The position numbers and the translations under genes were made by a program. Below are positions 29,280-38,772 of a DNA stretch of 64,000 nucleotides, in pieces. Source of the DNA: an uncultured delta proteobacterium (GTDB lineage: Bacteria; Desulfobacterota; Zymogenia; Zymogenales; Zymogenaceae); contig CAVTLK010000003.1 of the NCBI GenBank assembly GCA_963735595.1, forward strand, positions 64,001 to 128,000, given 5' to 3'. Position 1 is the first letter of the stretch. Every line of letters starts with the position of its first letter. Under the pieces are notes generated by a model. It was not told where the DNA came from, made no database searches, and saw only the letters and a program-made list of their open reading frames with translations.

Positions 29280-31490
29280 ATGCCACGAGCGGTCCAACAG
29301 ATAGAAAAACCCGCCGGGTGGGGCGGCACAACCCTCAAGGAAATGCTTAACGAGAGCCGCCGGCAGTTCGAAGAGACCGGCAGCTATTGCGGCGTCACCC
29401 ATCTGACGCTCAAGGAGGCCGACCCGCTTAAATACGAGCGGCTCTACTCGAGGCTTCGCGGTATGATGGTGGCCTCCCGCGAGGCGGCGCTCAGGGTCAG
29501 CGCGTCACCCATCGTCAAGGAGCTGGGCGAGCTCTGTTTTGCACTCTACACCCCGGAGGGGGACTCGGTGGTGCTGTCCACCGGCATCATCGTCCATGTC
29601 CACACGATGAGCATGGCCATAAAGTGGATGATCGATAACGACTACGAGGCCGACCCCTGTATCAACCGGGGGGACATATTCGGCAACAACGACCCGCTGA
29701 TCGGAGACGCGCACACGGCCGATGTCCAGAGCCTGACCCCGATCTTCTACGGCGAGGAGGTGGTCGGCTGGGTGGGGGCGGTCACGCACGTGATGGATTG
29801 CGGGGGAGTGGACGCCGGGGGGCTTCCGATCATGACGATCAACCGGTTCGGCGACGGCCTCTACCTCTCGTGCGAGAAGGTCGGGACCGATTGGAAACTC
29901 AGGCGCGACTACGAAATCCGGTGCGACCGAAACCTGCGCTACCCGCTCTTCTGGCACCTGGACGAAAAGGCGAGGCTGGCCGGCTCCCAGATCGTCCACG
30001 ATACGATCGGGGGGATTATCGATGAGTTCGGGATCGACTATTACAAGAGCTTCATCCGTGAGGTGATCGAGGAGGGGCGTCAGATCTTCACCAAGCGCGT
30101 CATCGAGCGGCTGTTCCCCGGCGTCTTTTCTTCGGTATCGTTTTACGACGTCGATCAGAAGAACGCCCCGCTGCCGTTGATCGCCGCGAAGGACAGTATC
30201 ATGCACGCTCCGGTCAGGGTGGAGATCAAGCCCGATGGGCAGTTGATCTTCGATATGGCCGGGACCAACCGCTGGAACTACCACCCGGCCAACTGCTCGA
30301 TCTCGGCGATGCAGGGAGGCTTCTGGGTCTCTATTACCCAGATGCTGGCCTACGACGGCAAGGTAAACGACGGGGCGTACCTGGCCACCGTCCAGCATTA
30401 CCCCTACGGCTCGTGGGCAAATCCCGACAACCCCCACGTCTCCAACTCCGCCACGTGGGGCCCCCTCATGAGTACCTATAACAACCTCTACCGGTGCCTC
30501 TCGAAGAGCTTCTTCGGACGGGGGTTTCGCGAGGAGATACTGGCAGGTTACGGGAACAACACCATGTGTCAGCTCGGGGGGACCGACCAGTACGGCAGGC
30601 CGTTGGGCATCATCAACTTCGAGCTTTCGGCGGCCGGCTGCGGGGCGCGGGCGATGATGGACGGCCTGGATACCGGCTACGCCGTTTGGAATACCGAGGC
30701 CGACCAGGGCAACGTCGAGATCTGGGAGATGTTCATACCCAAGGTCTACCTCGGCCGCAACCTTACCCCCGATTCGGCCGGCATGGGCAAACACCGCGGG
30801 GGATCGGGCTTTCACAGCGTCTACCTATTCTGGAACTCGAACAACGTCGAAGTCGTGAGTGCGGGACCGGGCAAGGTATTCGACAACTGCGGCATATTCG
30901 GCGGGTACCCGGGGGCGCGGGTAATGCGGCACAAGGAGATGGTCCTCAACTCGAACATCAGGGAGGTGGTCGCCACGTACCAGCCCTATCCGACGCGGGA
31001 AGGCGACCCGAACAACCCCGACATCATGACGATGCTCCAAGGCGACAAAAAAATCCTCGATTCCTCCATGATGCACCCGATCCCCATGAAGACCGGCGAC
31101 GTCTTCATCCAGCACTACCAGGGCGGGCCGGGTTACGGCGACCCGATCGAGCGCGACCCCGAGGCGGTGGTAAACGACCTTAACAACAATACCGCGCACC
31201 CGAGAAAGGCGCGCGACGTCTACGGGGTGGCGGTATCCTACAACGAGGCCGCAAAGCAGTGGGGGCATGACCCGGAAAAAACGAAAGGTCTTCGGGATGA
31301 GATTCGCGACCGCCGAAAAACACGGGGGGTCTCCGCACAGGAGTGGGTGAAGCAGGAGCGGGAGCGGATCGTCGGCGGGGAGCTGCCGCCGGTCGTAACG
31401 GGTATGTTCAGGGAGAGCATGGAACTCTCGATCCGGTTCTCAAACCAGTTTCGGGAGTTCTGGGGACTGCCCGAGGATTTCACGTTCTAA
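29280..31490 (+). CDS. acxB: acetone carboxylase alpha subunit / hydantoinase B family
   Basis: SASPIV..GELCF, STGIIVHVHTM, GDAHTADV, VTHVMD metal-ligand motifs, GGPGYGDP. Confidence 0.85.
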   Translation: MPRAVQQIEKPAGWGGTTLKEMLNESRRQFEETGSYCGVTHLTLKEADPLKYERLYSRLRGMMVASREAALRVSASPIVKELGELCFALYTPEGDSVVLSTGIIVHVHTMSMAIKWMIDNDYEADPCINRGDIFGNNDPLIGDAHTADVQSLTPIFYGEEVVGWVGAVTHVMDCGGVDAGGLPIMTINRFGDGLYLSCEKVGTDWKLRRDYEIRCDRNLRYPLFWHLDEKARLAGSQIVHDTIGGIIDEFGIDYYKSFIREVIEEGRQIFTKRVIERLFPGVFSSVSFYDVDQKNAPLPLIAAKDSIMHAPVRVEIKPDGQLIFDMAGTNRWNYHPANCSISAMQGGFWVSITQMLAYDGKVNDGAYLATVQHYPYGSWANPDNPHVSNSATWGPLMSTYNNLYRCLSKSFFGRGFREEILAGYGNNTMCQLGGTDQYGRPLGIINFELSAAGCGARAMMDGLDTGYAVWNTEADQGNVEIWEMFIPKVYLGRNLTPDSAGMGKHRGGSGFHSVYLFWNSNNVEVVSAGPGKVFDNCGIFGGYPGARVMRHKEMVLNSNIREVVATYQPYPTREGDPNNPDIMTMLQGDKKILDSSMMHPIPMKTGDVFIQHYQGGPGYGDPIERDPEAVVNDLNNNTAHPRKARDVYGVAVSYNEAAKQWGHDPEKTKGLRDEIRDRRKTRGVSAQEWVKQERERIVGGELPPVVTGMFRESMELSIRFSNQFREFWGLPEDFTF

Positions 31491-31513
31491 CCGACCAGAG
31501 GTAGGAGCGAGCC

Positions 31514-32014
31514 ATGCCCGCGTATACGAAAGAAATGATAGCCGACCTGATCGACGGAAGGCTGCCCTGGGCGACGGTCAAGAATATCATGAGCGGGCCC
31601 AAGGACATCGATCGATTTGAGAAATATCTCGAAGTCCTCCAGGAGCGGGTTTCCTTCACGGAGACGATCCTGGTGCCGATAGCGGAGCACCTCTACGTCG
31701 TCCAGAAGCGGGGTCAGCGAATCGTCAAGTGCGACTGTGGTCATGAATTCGGTGACTACCGGAAAAACTGGAAGCTTTCGGCGCTCATCTATGTGCGTGA
31801 TACCGAAGAAAAGATGGATGAGATCTTCGAGGGGCTCCATAAGCCGGATACTGACTGGGCCGAAATACGGGAATACTACTGCCCCGGCTGCGCAAGCCAG
31901 CTCGAGGTGGAGGCCGTGCCCCCCGGATATCCGATCCTCTTCGACTTCCTTCCAGATATCGACGGTTTCTACGACATGCGGCCGGAGCTCAAGAAGAAGA
32001 TCATGGGCAGATAG
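31514..32014 (+). CDS. acxC: acetone carboxylase gamma subunit
   Basis: KD.DRFEKY, KCDCGHEFGDYRKNWK, REYYCPGC, PGYP..FDFLPDIDGFY. Confidence 0.9.
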   Translation: MPAYTKEMIADLIDGRLPWATVKNIMSGPKDIDRFEKYLEVLQERVSFTETILVPIAEHLYVVQKRGQRIVKCDCGHEFGDYRKNWKLSALIYVRDTEEKMDEIFEGLHKPDTDWAEIREYYCPGCASQLEVEAVPPGYPILFDFLPDIDGFYDMRPELKKKIMGR

Positions 32015-32169
32015 TCCGCCAATGTGAGGATGCCGCTGCGGGGGCGGGGCGCCCGGTGTACGGGTGCCGGCCGTAACCCTCGTTTTTCTTTTTCATTGCG
32101 TCCTATTTATGGTAGTATTGCCGAAATTGTATCCATCGCGCAGGAATACTGATATCAGATAGAGGGCCT

Positions 32170-32924
32170 ATGGACGTCCGTCTTGACGGAAAGATCATGC
32201 TGGTCACCGGCGCTTCGACCGGCATCGGCCGCGCTATCGCCGAGGAGGCCGCCCGCTCCGGCGCGGCAGTGGCAATCAACTTCCTTTCGAGCCTGGCCGA
32301 GGCCGAGGGTCTCAAGGCCCGGATCGACGCTGGGGGAGGCGTCTGCTGTCTCGTTCAGGGGGACGTCTCCGACGAAGGGGACGTCGCCCGCATCTTCGCC
32401 GAGACGGCCGAGAGGCTGGGCGCGCCCCCGACTGCCTCGTCAACAATGCCGGCTCGATGATTCAGCGTTCCCTCATTGCGGAGATGGAGACGGCCGTATG
32501 GGATCGGGTCTACGCCGTCAACATGCGCTCGGTCTTTCTCTGCTGCCGGCAGGCCCTCAAGACGATGATACCGAACAGGGGCGGAGTCATTATCAATATC
32601 TCGTCGATCGGGGCGTACACCGGCGGCGGGCCGGGATCGGCGGCATACGCCTCCACGAAGGGGGCAATGAACACGTTCACGGTGGGGCTGGCGCGGGAGG
32701 TCGCGCGGCATAACATCCGGGTGATGGCGGTCGGCCCCGGCGTTATCGAGACGCCGTTTCACGATAAGTTCACGACTCCCGAGCGGCGGGAGGCGTTTGA
32801 GAAGATGATTCCGCTGGGAAGGGTGGGAACACCCGAGGACGTCGCGCCGACGGTCATCTTCCTGGCCTCTGATCTCGCATCTTTTACCACCGCGCATCAC
32901 TTCGATATCACGGGGGGTATGTAA
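32170..32924 (+). CDS. SDR family oxidoreductase (FabG-like), frameshift near 32430
   Basis: TGASTGIG in ORF 32170-32460; NNAG then INISS, YASTK and PG..ETP in ORF 32457-32924. Confidence 0.85.
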
Positions 32925-32930
32925 CGGGAA

Positions 32931-33995
32931 ATGAGTAAGGTATTCGTCGAAGACCTCAGGAACGGGCAGGGCGTCGATACGGTTTTCCTGGTGCGCGACA
33001 AGGCGCTGGCGGTAACCAAGGACGGCCGGCCCTACATCAAGCTCGCCCTGATAGACCGCACCGGAAAGATAGAGGCCAGGATGTGGGACAGGCAGGCGGA
33101 GGAGCGGGGGATCGAGCGGACGTTTGAGGGATTCAAACAGAACGATTTCGTCCGCGTGACGGGGCGTGTCGAGAGCTTCAAGGATCTGCTCCAGATCAAC
33201 GTGGAAGCGATCGTGCCGACGAATCCGCAGGATATCGATATCGCCGATTTCGTCCCCAAGGGCGACAAGAACCCCGAGGAGATCGTCCGTGACCTCACCC
33301 GCATCGTTGCTTCCCTGAGGAACCCGTTTCTCAAGCGGCTCGGTAATGCGTTTCTGAAAGACAGCCATTTTATGGAGCGGTTCACACGCGCGCCGGCCGC
33401 CAAAAAGCTCCATCAGGCATACCTCGGCGGGCTGCTCGAGCACAGCTATAACCTCGTGAAGATGGCGCTGGACGTCTCGCGCTACTACCCGCAGCTCAAC
33501 GGCGGGATATTGGTCATCGGGGCGCTCCTGCACGATATCGGCAAGATCGAAGAGCTCGATTACCAGCGGGCCTTCGACTATAGCGACCGGGGGAGGTTCC
33601 TGGGCCACCTCTTCATCGGCGCGCGGATGGTCGACGAGAAGATCGCCGCGATTGACTCGTTTCCGGAAGACCTCAAGAATATGGTCCTCCACCTGATACT
33701 CTCCCACCACGGGCTGCACGAGTATGGGGCGCCGGTGCTCCCGGCAACGCTGGAGGCCGTCGTACTTTTTCAGCTGGATGACCTGGACGCGAAGGTCTGG
33801 GGATTTACCGGAGAACAGGTTCGCTCGGAGGCGCTGCCCGGCAACTGGACCGCCTTTTCCAACGTCTATTCCCGTTTCATCTATAAAGGGGATACGTATA
33901 TCGGGACGGACGAGGACGAGGCCGAAAAAGGGGAGCGCAAGAACCGCGAGCGCATGGATAAGAAACTGATGCTCGGCCTCTTTGACGACCAGTAA
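32931..33995 (+). CDS. yhaM: 3'-5' exoribonuclease YhaM/Cbf1 family (OB fold + HD)
   Basis: APAAKKLHQAYLGGLLEH, LLHDIGK, HLILSHHG..EYGAP. Confidence 0.85.
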   Translation: MSKVFVEDLRNGQGVDTVFLVRDKALAVTKDGRPYIKLALIDRTGKIEARMWDRQAEERGIERTFEGFKQNDFVRVTGRVESFKDLLQINVEAIVPTNPQDIDIADFVPKGDKNPEEIVRDLTRIVASLRNPFLKRLGNAFLKDSHFMERFTRAPAAKKLHQAYLGGLLEHSYNLVKMALDVSRYYPQLNGGILVIGALLHDIGKIEELDYQRAFDYSDRGRFLGHLFIGARMVDEKIAAIDSFPEDLKNMVLHLILSHHGLHEYGAPVLPATLEAVVLFQLDDLDAKVWGFTGEQVRSEALPGNWTAFSNVYSRFIYKGDTYIGTDEDEAEKGERKNRERMDKKLMLGLFDDQ

Positions 33996-34100
33996 CAGTA
34001 TAGGTTCGGATCAACGGGAATTGCGGATGACCTGAAAGCGGCGTAGCCGTGTCCGCATGATGGCCCGGGGACAAGAAGCTATTGGTCTCCAACCACTTCC

Positions 34101-35540
34101 TCACTGCTCATTATAAGCCAACGCCGTCTGCACCCGTTCGATGACCCGGTATCTCCCAAGCAATTCGATCACCCCCTCCAGCGCCGGCCCGTGCTCCATC
34201 CCGGTTAACGCCGCACGAATAGGCATGTAGAGGTCCTTCCCCGTAAGTCCGGTCTCGCGTGAGGCGGCGGCGGCCGCATCGCGGTAGGCCGCGGCGGTCA
34301 GCGTCGGGACGTCACGGATTTGGTTTAAAAATGCCGAAAGGACGGACCGGGAGGATGTATTTGCCAGAAGGGACAGACACGCTTCGTCCATGGGGGGCGT
34401 GTCCGCAAAAAAGATCGGCGCGAAGGCCGACGCATCGGCCAGTGTGTCGATATTTTCTCTGATCGCGTCGGCAAAGAGGACGAGCGTATCCCGACCGATC
34501 TGATCCGTATTGTAGCCGGCGGCCCGCAGGAACGGGACCACGCGGGATGAGAGGTCCTCTGCGGGTATTATTTTGGCGGCCATACCGCTCATACGCCTGA
34601 TCTTCTCGGGTTCGATTCTCACGGCGCTGCGGCCCAGCCGCGTGATGTCAAATGACTCCGCGAGATGGTTTAGAGACACGACCTGTTTTCCGGTCACGGC
34701 GGGGTTGCCGACCGAGGCAAGGTAGGCTCCGACGCCTTCGGGAAGGTATCCCTGCGCGATGAGGGCCTCGATATCAAATCCTCCCTCGCGCTTCTTGATC
34801 TTATCCCCCGATTCGGTAACCAGCAGCGGGATGTGGGCAAACGCCGGTGGCTCGTGCCCGAGGGCGCGGTGGATGAGTATCTGGCGAGGCGTGTTGGGGA
34901 GGTGATCTTCGCCCCGAATGACGTGGGTGATCCCCATGAGGCAATCATCCACGGCGCTGGAGAAGATGAAAACGGCCGAACCGTCCGCCCTGACTATGAC
35001 GAAATCGCCGAAGGCGTCCGACGAGAAGGCTATCTCCCGGTGAATGAGATCGCGGATTCGTATTTCGGTAAAATCGACCCTGAAGCGAAGGGTGTAAGGC
35101 ATGCCGGCGCGGGATGCGATTTCGCGGTCGGTCAGCGGCCTGCACCGGCCCGAGTAGCGGGGTGGTCTTCCGGCGGCGGCGGCCAGCCGTTTTTCGTCGG
35201 CCAGCATCTGATCGGTGCAGAAACAGCGGTAGGCGATCCCCTCGGCCAGGAAGCGTTCCGCGATCCGCGCATATATCTCGCGGCGCTCACTCTGGCGGTA
35301 AGGGCCGAACCGGCCGCCTATCCCCGGACCTTCGTCGGGCCGGATGCCGAGCCACTCCAGCTCCCGGGAGATCAGGGCCTCGGCGCCGGGATCGAACCGC
35401 GCCTCGTCGGTATCCTCTATGCGAAGGATGAGGCGGCCCCCCTCCTTACGCGCAAAGAGGTGGTTGATGACGGCGATCCTGGCGTTTCCGAGGTGCAGCG
35501 CGCCGGTGGGACTGGGGGCGAACCGGACCCTGACGCTCAT
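34101..35540 (-). CDS. gltX: glutamate--tRNA ligase
   Basis: [41 protein letters not shown] (KMSKS), PIRAALTG. Confidence 0.95.
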   Translation of the reverse strand: MSVRVRFAPSPTGALHLGNARIAVINHLFARKEGGRLILRIEDTDEARFDPGAEALISRELEWLGIRPDEGPGIGGRFGPYRQSERREIYARIAERFLAEGIAYRCFCTDQMLADEKRLAAAAGRPPRYSGRCRPLTDREIASRAGMPYTLRFRVDFTEIRIRDLIHREIAFSSDAFGDFVIVRADGSAVFIFSSAVDDCLMGITHVIRGEDHLPNTPRQILIHRALGHEPPAFAHIPLLVTESGDKIKKREGGFDIEALIAQGYLPEGVGAYLASVGNPAVTGKQVVSLNHLAESFDITRLGRSAVRIEPEKIRRMSGMAAKIIPAEDLSSRVVPFLRAAGYNTDQIGRDTLVLFADAIRENIDTLADASAFAPIFFADTPPMDEACLSLLANTSSRSVLSAFLNQIRDVPTLTAAAYRDAAAAASRETGLTGKDLYMPIRAALTGMEHGPALEGVIELLGRYRVIERVQTALAYNEQ

Positions 35541-36016
35541 CGTTCGTTCTCGTCGAGGGTTACCGCGGCCCACGCGGCGATCCCTTTTTTTCTCCCCTCA
35601 AATCCGAGGCCCTCGGTGGTGGTTGCCTTGATGTTTACGCGGTCGGGGGTCGTCTGGAGGGCGCCGGCTAATAACTCTGCCATCGAGCAGACAAAGGGGG
35701 AAAGCTTCGGGACTTCGGCGATAACCACGGCGTCGACGTTGTGAATCCGGTAGCCGGCCCTTGTGACCGTTTCGTAGGCGCGCGAGAGCAGGCCGATACT
35801 ATCGGCGTCCTTGAAGGCGGGGTCCGTATCGGGAAAATGACGGCCGATGTCGCCCAGGCCCGCCGCGCCAAGGATTGCGTCGGTGACGGCATGACAGAGG
35901 ACATCGGCGTCGGAATGGCCCAGCAGTCCCTTCGAATGGGGGACTGTTACGCCGCCGATGATCAGTTTACGATTCCGGACAAGCCGGTGGACGTCGTATC
36001 CGATACCGATCCTCAT
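35537..36016 (-). CDS. ispF: 2-C-methyl-D-erythritol 2,4-cyclodiphosphate synthase
   Basis: [34 protein letters not shown]. Confidence 0.95.
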   Translation of the reverse strand: MRIGIGYDVHRLVRNRKLIIGGVTVPHSKGLLGHSDADVLCHAVTDAILGAAGLGDIGRHFPDTDPAFKDADSIGLLSRAYETVTRAGYRIHNVDAVVIAEVPKLSPFVCSMAELLAGALQTTPDRVNIKATTTEGLGFEGRKKGIAAWAAVTLDENER

Positions 36017-36076
36017 GGACTCCCGGAGGGCGGGGCCCGGAGCAGATCCGGGCCGCCGAACCATTAGTGATTCTGA

Positions 36077-37102
36077 TTAGCTGCTTTCGGAGACCTTATC
36101 CGCGCCCTCTCCCTTGAGGACGGTAAATATCATTCTTCCCGCGGTGGTCTGCAACACGGAGGTTACCGAAACGTCTATATTGCGCCCGAGGTACTGCTTG
36201 GCGTTATCCACCACGACCATCGTCCCGTCATCGAGATAGGCGACACCCTGGCCCTCTTCCTTGCCCTCCTTGAGGACACGGACGTTCATCACCTCGCCGG
36301 GAAGCACCACCGGTTTGAGGGCATTGGCAAGCTGGTTGATGTTGAGGACCGTGAGTCCCTGGAGCTCAGCGACCTTGTTCAGGTTGAAGTCGTTGGTGAG
36401 GATCTTTCCCTTGTTCTTCTGCGCAAGGGCGATCAGTTTGTCGTCAACTTCCTTGATCTTCGGGAAGTCCATGTCTATGACCTGCACGTCAAGACCCACC
36501 TGCTTCTGCAGCTTGTTGAGGATGTCAAGACCGCGCCTGCCCCTGGTCCTCTTTATCGGGTCCGACGAGTCGGCGATGTGCTGGAGTTCGCGTAGCACAA
36601 ACTGGGGGAGCTGGATCGTTCCTTCAATAAAACCCGTTTCGCAGAGGTCCGCTATGCGCCCGTCGATGATAACCGAGGTATCGAGGATCTTGTAGTTCTG
36701 TTCTTTTTCCTTTTCGGCCGGAGCCCTTCGGAAGAGCGTAAAGGTGATGTCCTCTCCCTTCTTGATCCCGATTCCGGCCCCCGTGTATCCGAACAGGATG
36801 TTAATCAGGATGTACAGCGCGATCGTTTTGGAGTCGAGCGGCAATATCTTGAATATCAGTGCATACGAGACGATATTGGCGGCCAGGATACCGATCAACA
36901 GGCCTATCGTTCCCGCCATAATGACCCTCAGTGAAGTCTTCTTGGCCCAGGTAATAGCAATGATCACCAGGATCGCGAGGATTATCCCGAACACCGCGCC
37001 GAGGACCGACGGATAGGGAAGAAAGGCAAAGACCGGGCCCGCAAGGTACCCGAAAAAAGCCGAGAAAAGAACCAGCAACACACGTAAAATGTAGGTATAC
37101 AA
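36077..37102 (-). CDS. PIN/TRAM domain membrane protein (YacL-like)
   Basis: 4 TM helices, KILDTSVIIDGRI, TNDFNLNKVA, GVAYLDDGTMVVV, VLQTTAGRMIF. Confidence 0.9.
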   Translation of the reverse strand: MYTYILRVLLVLFSAFFGYLAGPVFAFLPYPSVLGAVFGIILAILVIIAITWAKKTSLRVIMAGTIGLLIGILAANIVSYALIFKILPLDSKTIALYILINILFGYTGAGIGIKKGEDITFTLFRRAPAEKEKEQNYKILDTSVIIDGRIADLCETGFIEGTIQLPQFVLRELQHIADSSDPIKRTRGRRGLDILNKLQKQVGLDVQVIDMDFPKIKEVDDKLIALAQKNKGKILTNDFNLNKVAELQGLTVLNINQLANALKPVVLPGEVMNVRVLKEGKEEGQGVAYLDDGTMVVVDNAKQYLGRNIDVSVTSVLQTTAGRMIFTVLKGEGADKVSESS

Positions 37103-37305
37103 GGTATAATTACCTCCTATAAATATGAGCCCCGCTCTATGCGTATGACAATCCCTGCGCCGTGGCAGCCTATGGCGCCTATACGATTATTATACTACAC
37201 TTTGAGCCGGACGCTCGCTTGTCGCAAAAAAAGACTGGGATTCTTTTCATGGAAAAGGATAGCGATCGATTGTCGAAAGGCAGGTTACGTCCTAATTGCC
37301 GTGAT

Positions 37306-37794
37306 TTATTCCTTTTGGAAGATGGTTTTTAAATCAGACCGTATCTTATTCTCGTCGGTTCCCTGGGCTATGGCGAGCTCCTTGACCAGGAGGGTCGTCG
37401 CCATATCCAACAGCTTGCGCTCTCCAAAGGAAAGCTCTTTATCCTGTTTTAGTATATATAAATCCCGTAAGACCGCGGCGATCTCAAAGACGGAACCGGT
37501 CTTAATTTTTTCCATGTATTCCCGGTATCTTCTGTTCCACGTTTGATTATCGATTGCTATCCCTTTTTCGCTCAGTATATCGTAGACCTCCTTGACCTTT
37601 TTTCTGGGTATAATCTGCCGTAGGCCGACGTTCCTAATATTGCAGGAAGGGATCATGATGGTCATGCCATTGTCCATGATGCGCATGGTATAGAATAGCT
37701 GGCACGAGCCCGAAATTATCTTCTCTTCTATGGACTCGATAACGCCGACGCCGTGCGCGGGATATACGGCCAGATCGCCCACCTTAAATATTAT
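37306..37794 (-). CDS. carD: CarD family transcription factor (start codon uncertain)
   Basis: FKVGDLAVYPAHGVG, WNRRYR, LSFGERKLL. Confidence 0.9.
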   Translation of the reverse strand: MIFKVGDLAVYPAHGVGVIESIEEKIISGSCQLFYTMRIMDNGMTIMIPSCNIRNVGLRQIIPRKKVKEVYDILSEKGIAIDNQTWNRRYREYMEKIKTGSVFEIAAVLRDLYILKQDKELSFGERKLLDMATTLLVKELAIAQGTDENKIRSDLKTIFQKE

Positions 37795-37881
37795 TGAAAA
37801 GACCTCCCGGGTACTCAGAGATTATCCCTCCTGTAGTGAAATAAAACAGCCATACCTGCCTATATGGACAAGCAGTATCGT

Positions 37882-38610
37882 CTATTGGCTCTTTGGCTGG
37901 GGCATTGGTTTCAGGATGATTTCAATTCTTCGGTTTCTGGCCTTTCCTTCCCCGGTCGAATTATCAGCCACGGGGTGATATTCCGAAACCCCGGACGCCG
38001 AGAGGAGTGCGGGATCTACTCCAACTTTTTCCTGGAGGTACCTCACGACGACGACCGCCCGCGCCGTGGAGAGCTCCCAGTTGGTAGGAAATCGCGGCTT
38101 CAATGCGGGGCTGATGGGGACGTTATCGGTATGACCTTCGACGACGATCTTTTTATCTTTGACGTTCTTGAGTATATCACCCACGCGGGTCAGAACCGCC
38201 AACCCTTCCTTTTTTATGGTCGTTTTACCTGAGTCAAAGAGGATCTTATCCAGGACATTTACCGAAAGCTCACCTTTCAGATTGGTGATCTCGATGTTTC
38301 CCTCGTCAATCTCCTTTTTCATCTCGTCGATGAGGGCCTTATAGGTCTCATCAACCTCTTCGATCTCCTCGGCCTTCTTCTTGTCGCTGATCGTCAGGTC
38401 TTCGAGGCGAGCCTCGGCTTCTTTGAGCTGGGCGTCTTTCACCTCAAGGTCGGCTTTAGCCTTATCCAGGAGGTTTTGCAGGGCGAACAGCTCATCATCC
38501 TTGGATCGTAAGTCCGAAGCGGCAGGCCGGTAATGAGAGAAGTAGAACCAGCCGAAGGCACCGGTCAGAGCAATCACAAGGGCAAGCAATGAATAGGTAG
38601 CGTATTTCAT
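37882..38610 (-). CDS. MotB/OmpA-family peptidoglycan-binding protein
   Basis: N-terminal TM, coiled coil, ILFDSG, VEGHTDNVP, NWELSTARA, NRRIEI. Confidence 0.9.
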   Translation of the reverse strand: MKYATYSLLALVIALTGAFGWFYFSHYRPAASDLRSKDDELFALQNLLDKAKADLEVKDAQLKEAEARLEDLTISDKKKAEEIEEVDETYKALIDEMKKEIDEGNIEITNLKGELSVNVLDKILFDSGKTTIKKEGLAVLTRVGDILKNVKDKKIVVEGHTDNVPISPALKPRFPTNWELSTARAVVVVRYLQEKVGVDPALLSASGVSEYHPVADNSTGEGKARNRRIEIILKPMPQPKSQ

Positions 38611-38772
38611 ACACTCGTCACACTATTTAGTATTATACTATACTTTTCGTCGTCTGTCAACGAGATTAGTTATTTTTATAGACCGCGAGACCGCCATTCC
38701 CGGACGCAAAAGCACCCCGCACCTATGATCGGTTCGATCACAGCCATGAAAAACGGCCCGGCGTGAATTCGG

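Noticed and set aside
26958..29402. 814-aa minus-strand ORF and other long antisense ORFs (e.g. 638-1726, 29505-30815, 32355-33719, 51937-53082)
   Set aside because: Shadow frames of GC-rich genes clearly identified on the opposite strand; no recognisable motifs
33996..34100. Possible tRNA-Sec or other ncRNA between yhaM and gltX (minus strand starts GGAAGTGG; small hairpins)
   Set aside because: No UCA anticodon arm, no GTTCRA T-loop and no acceptor-stem closure
37882..38610. Flagellar stator motB
   Set aside because: No motA adjacent and the TM segment lacks the conserved stator Asp motif; kept as a generic OmpA/MotB-domain protein
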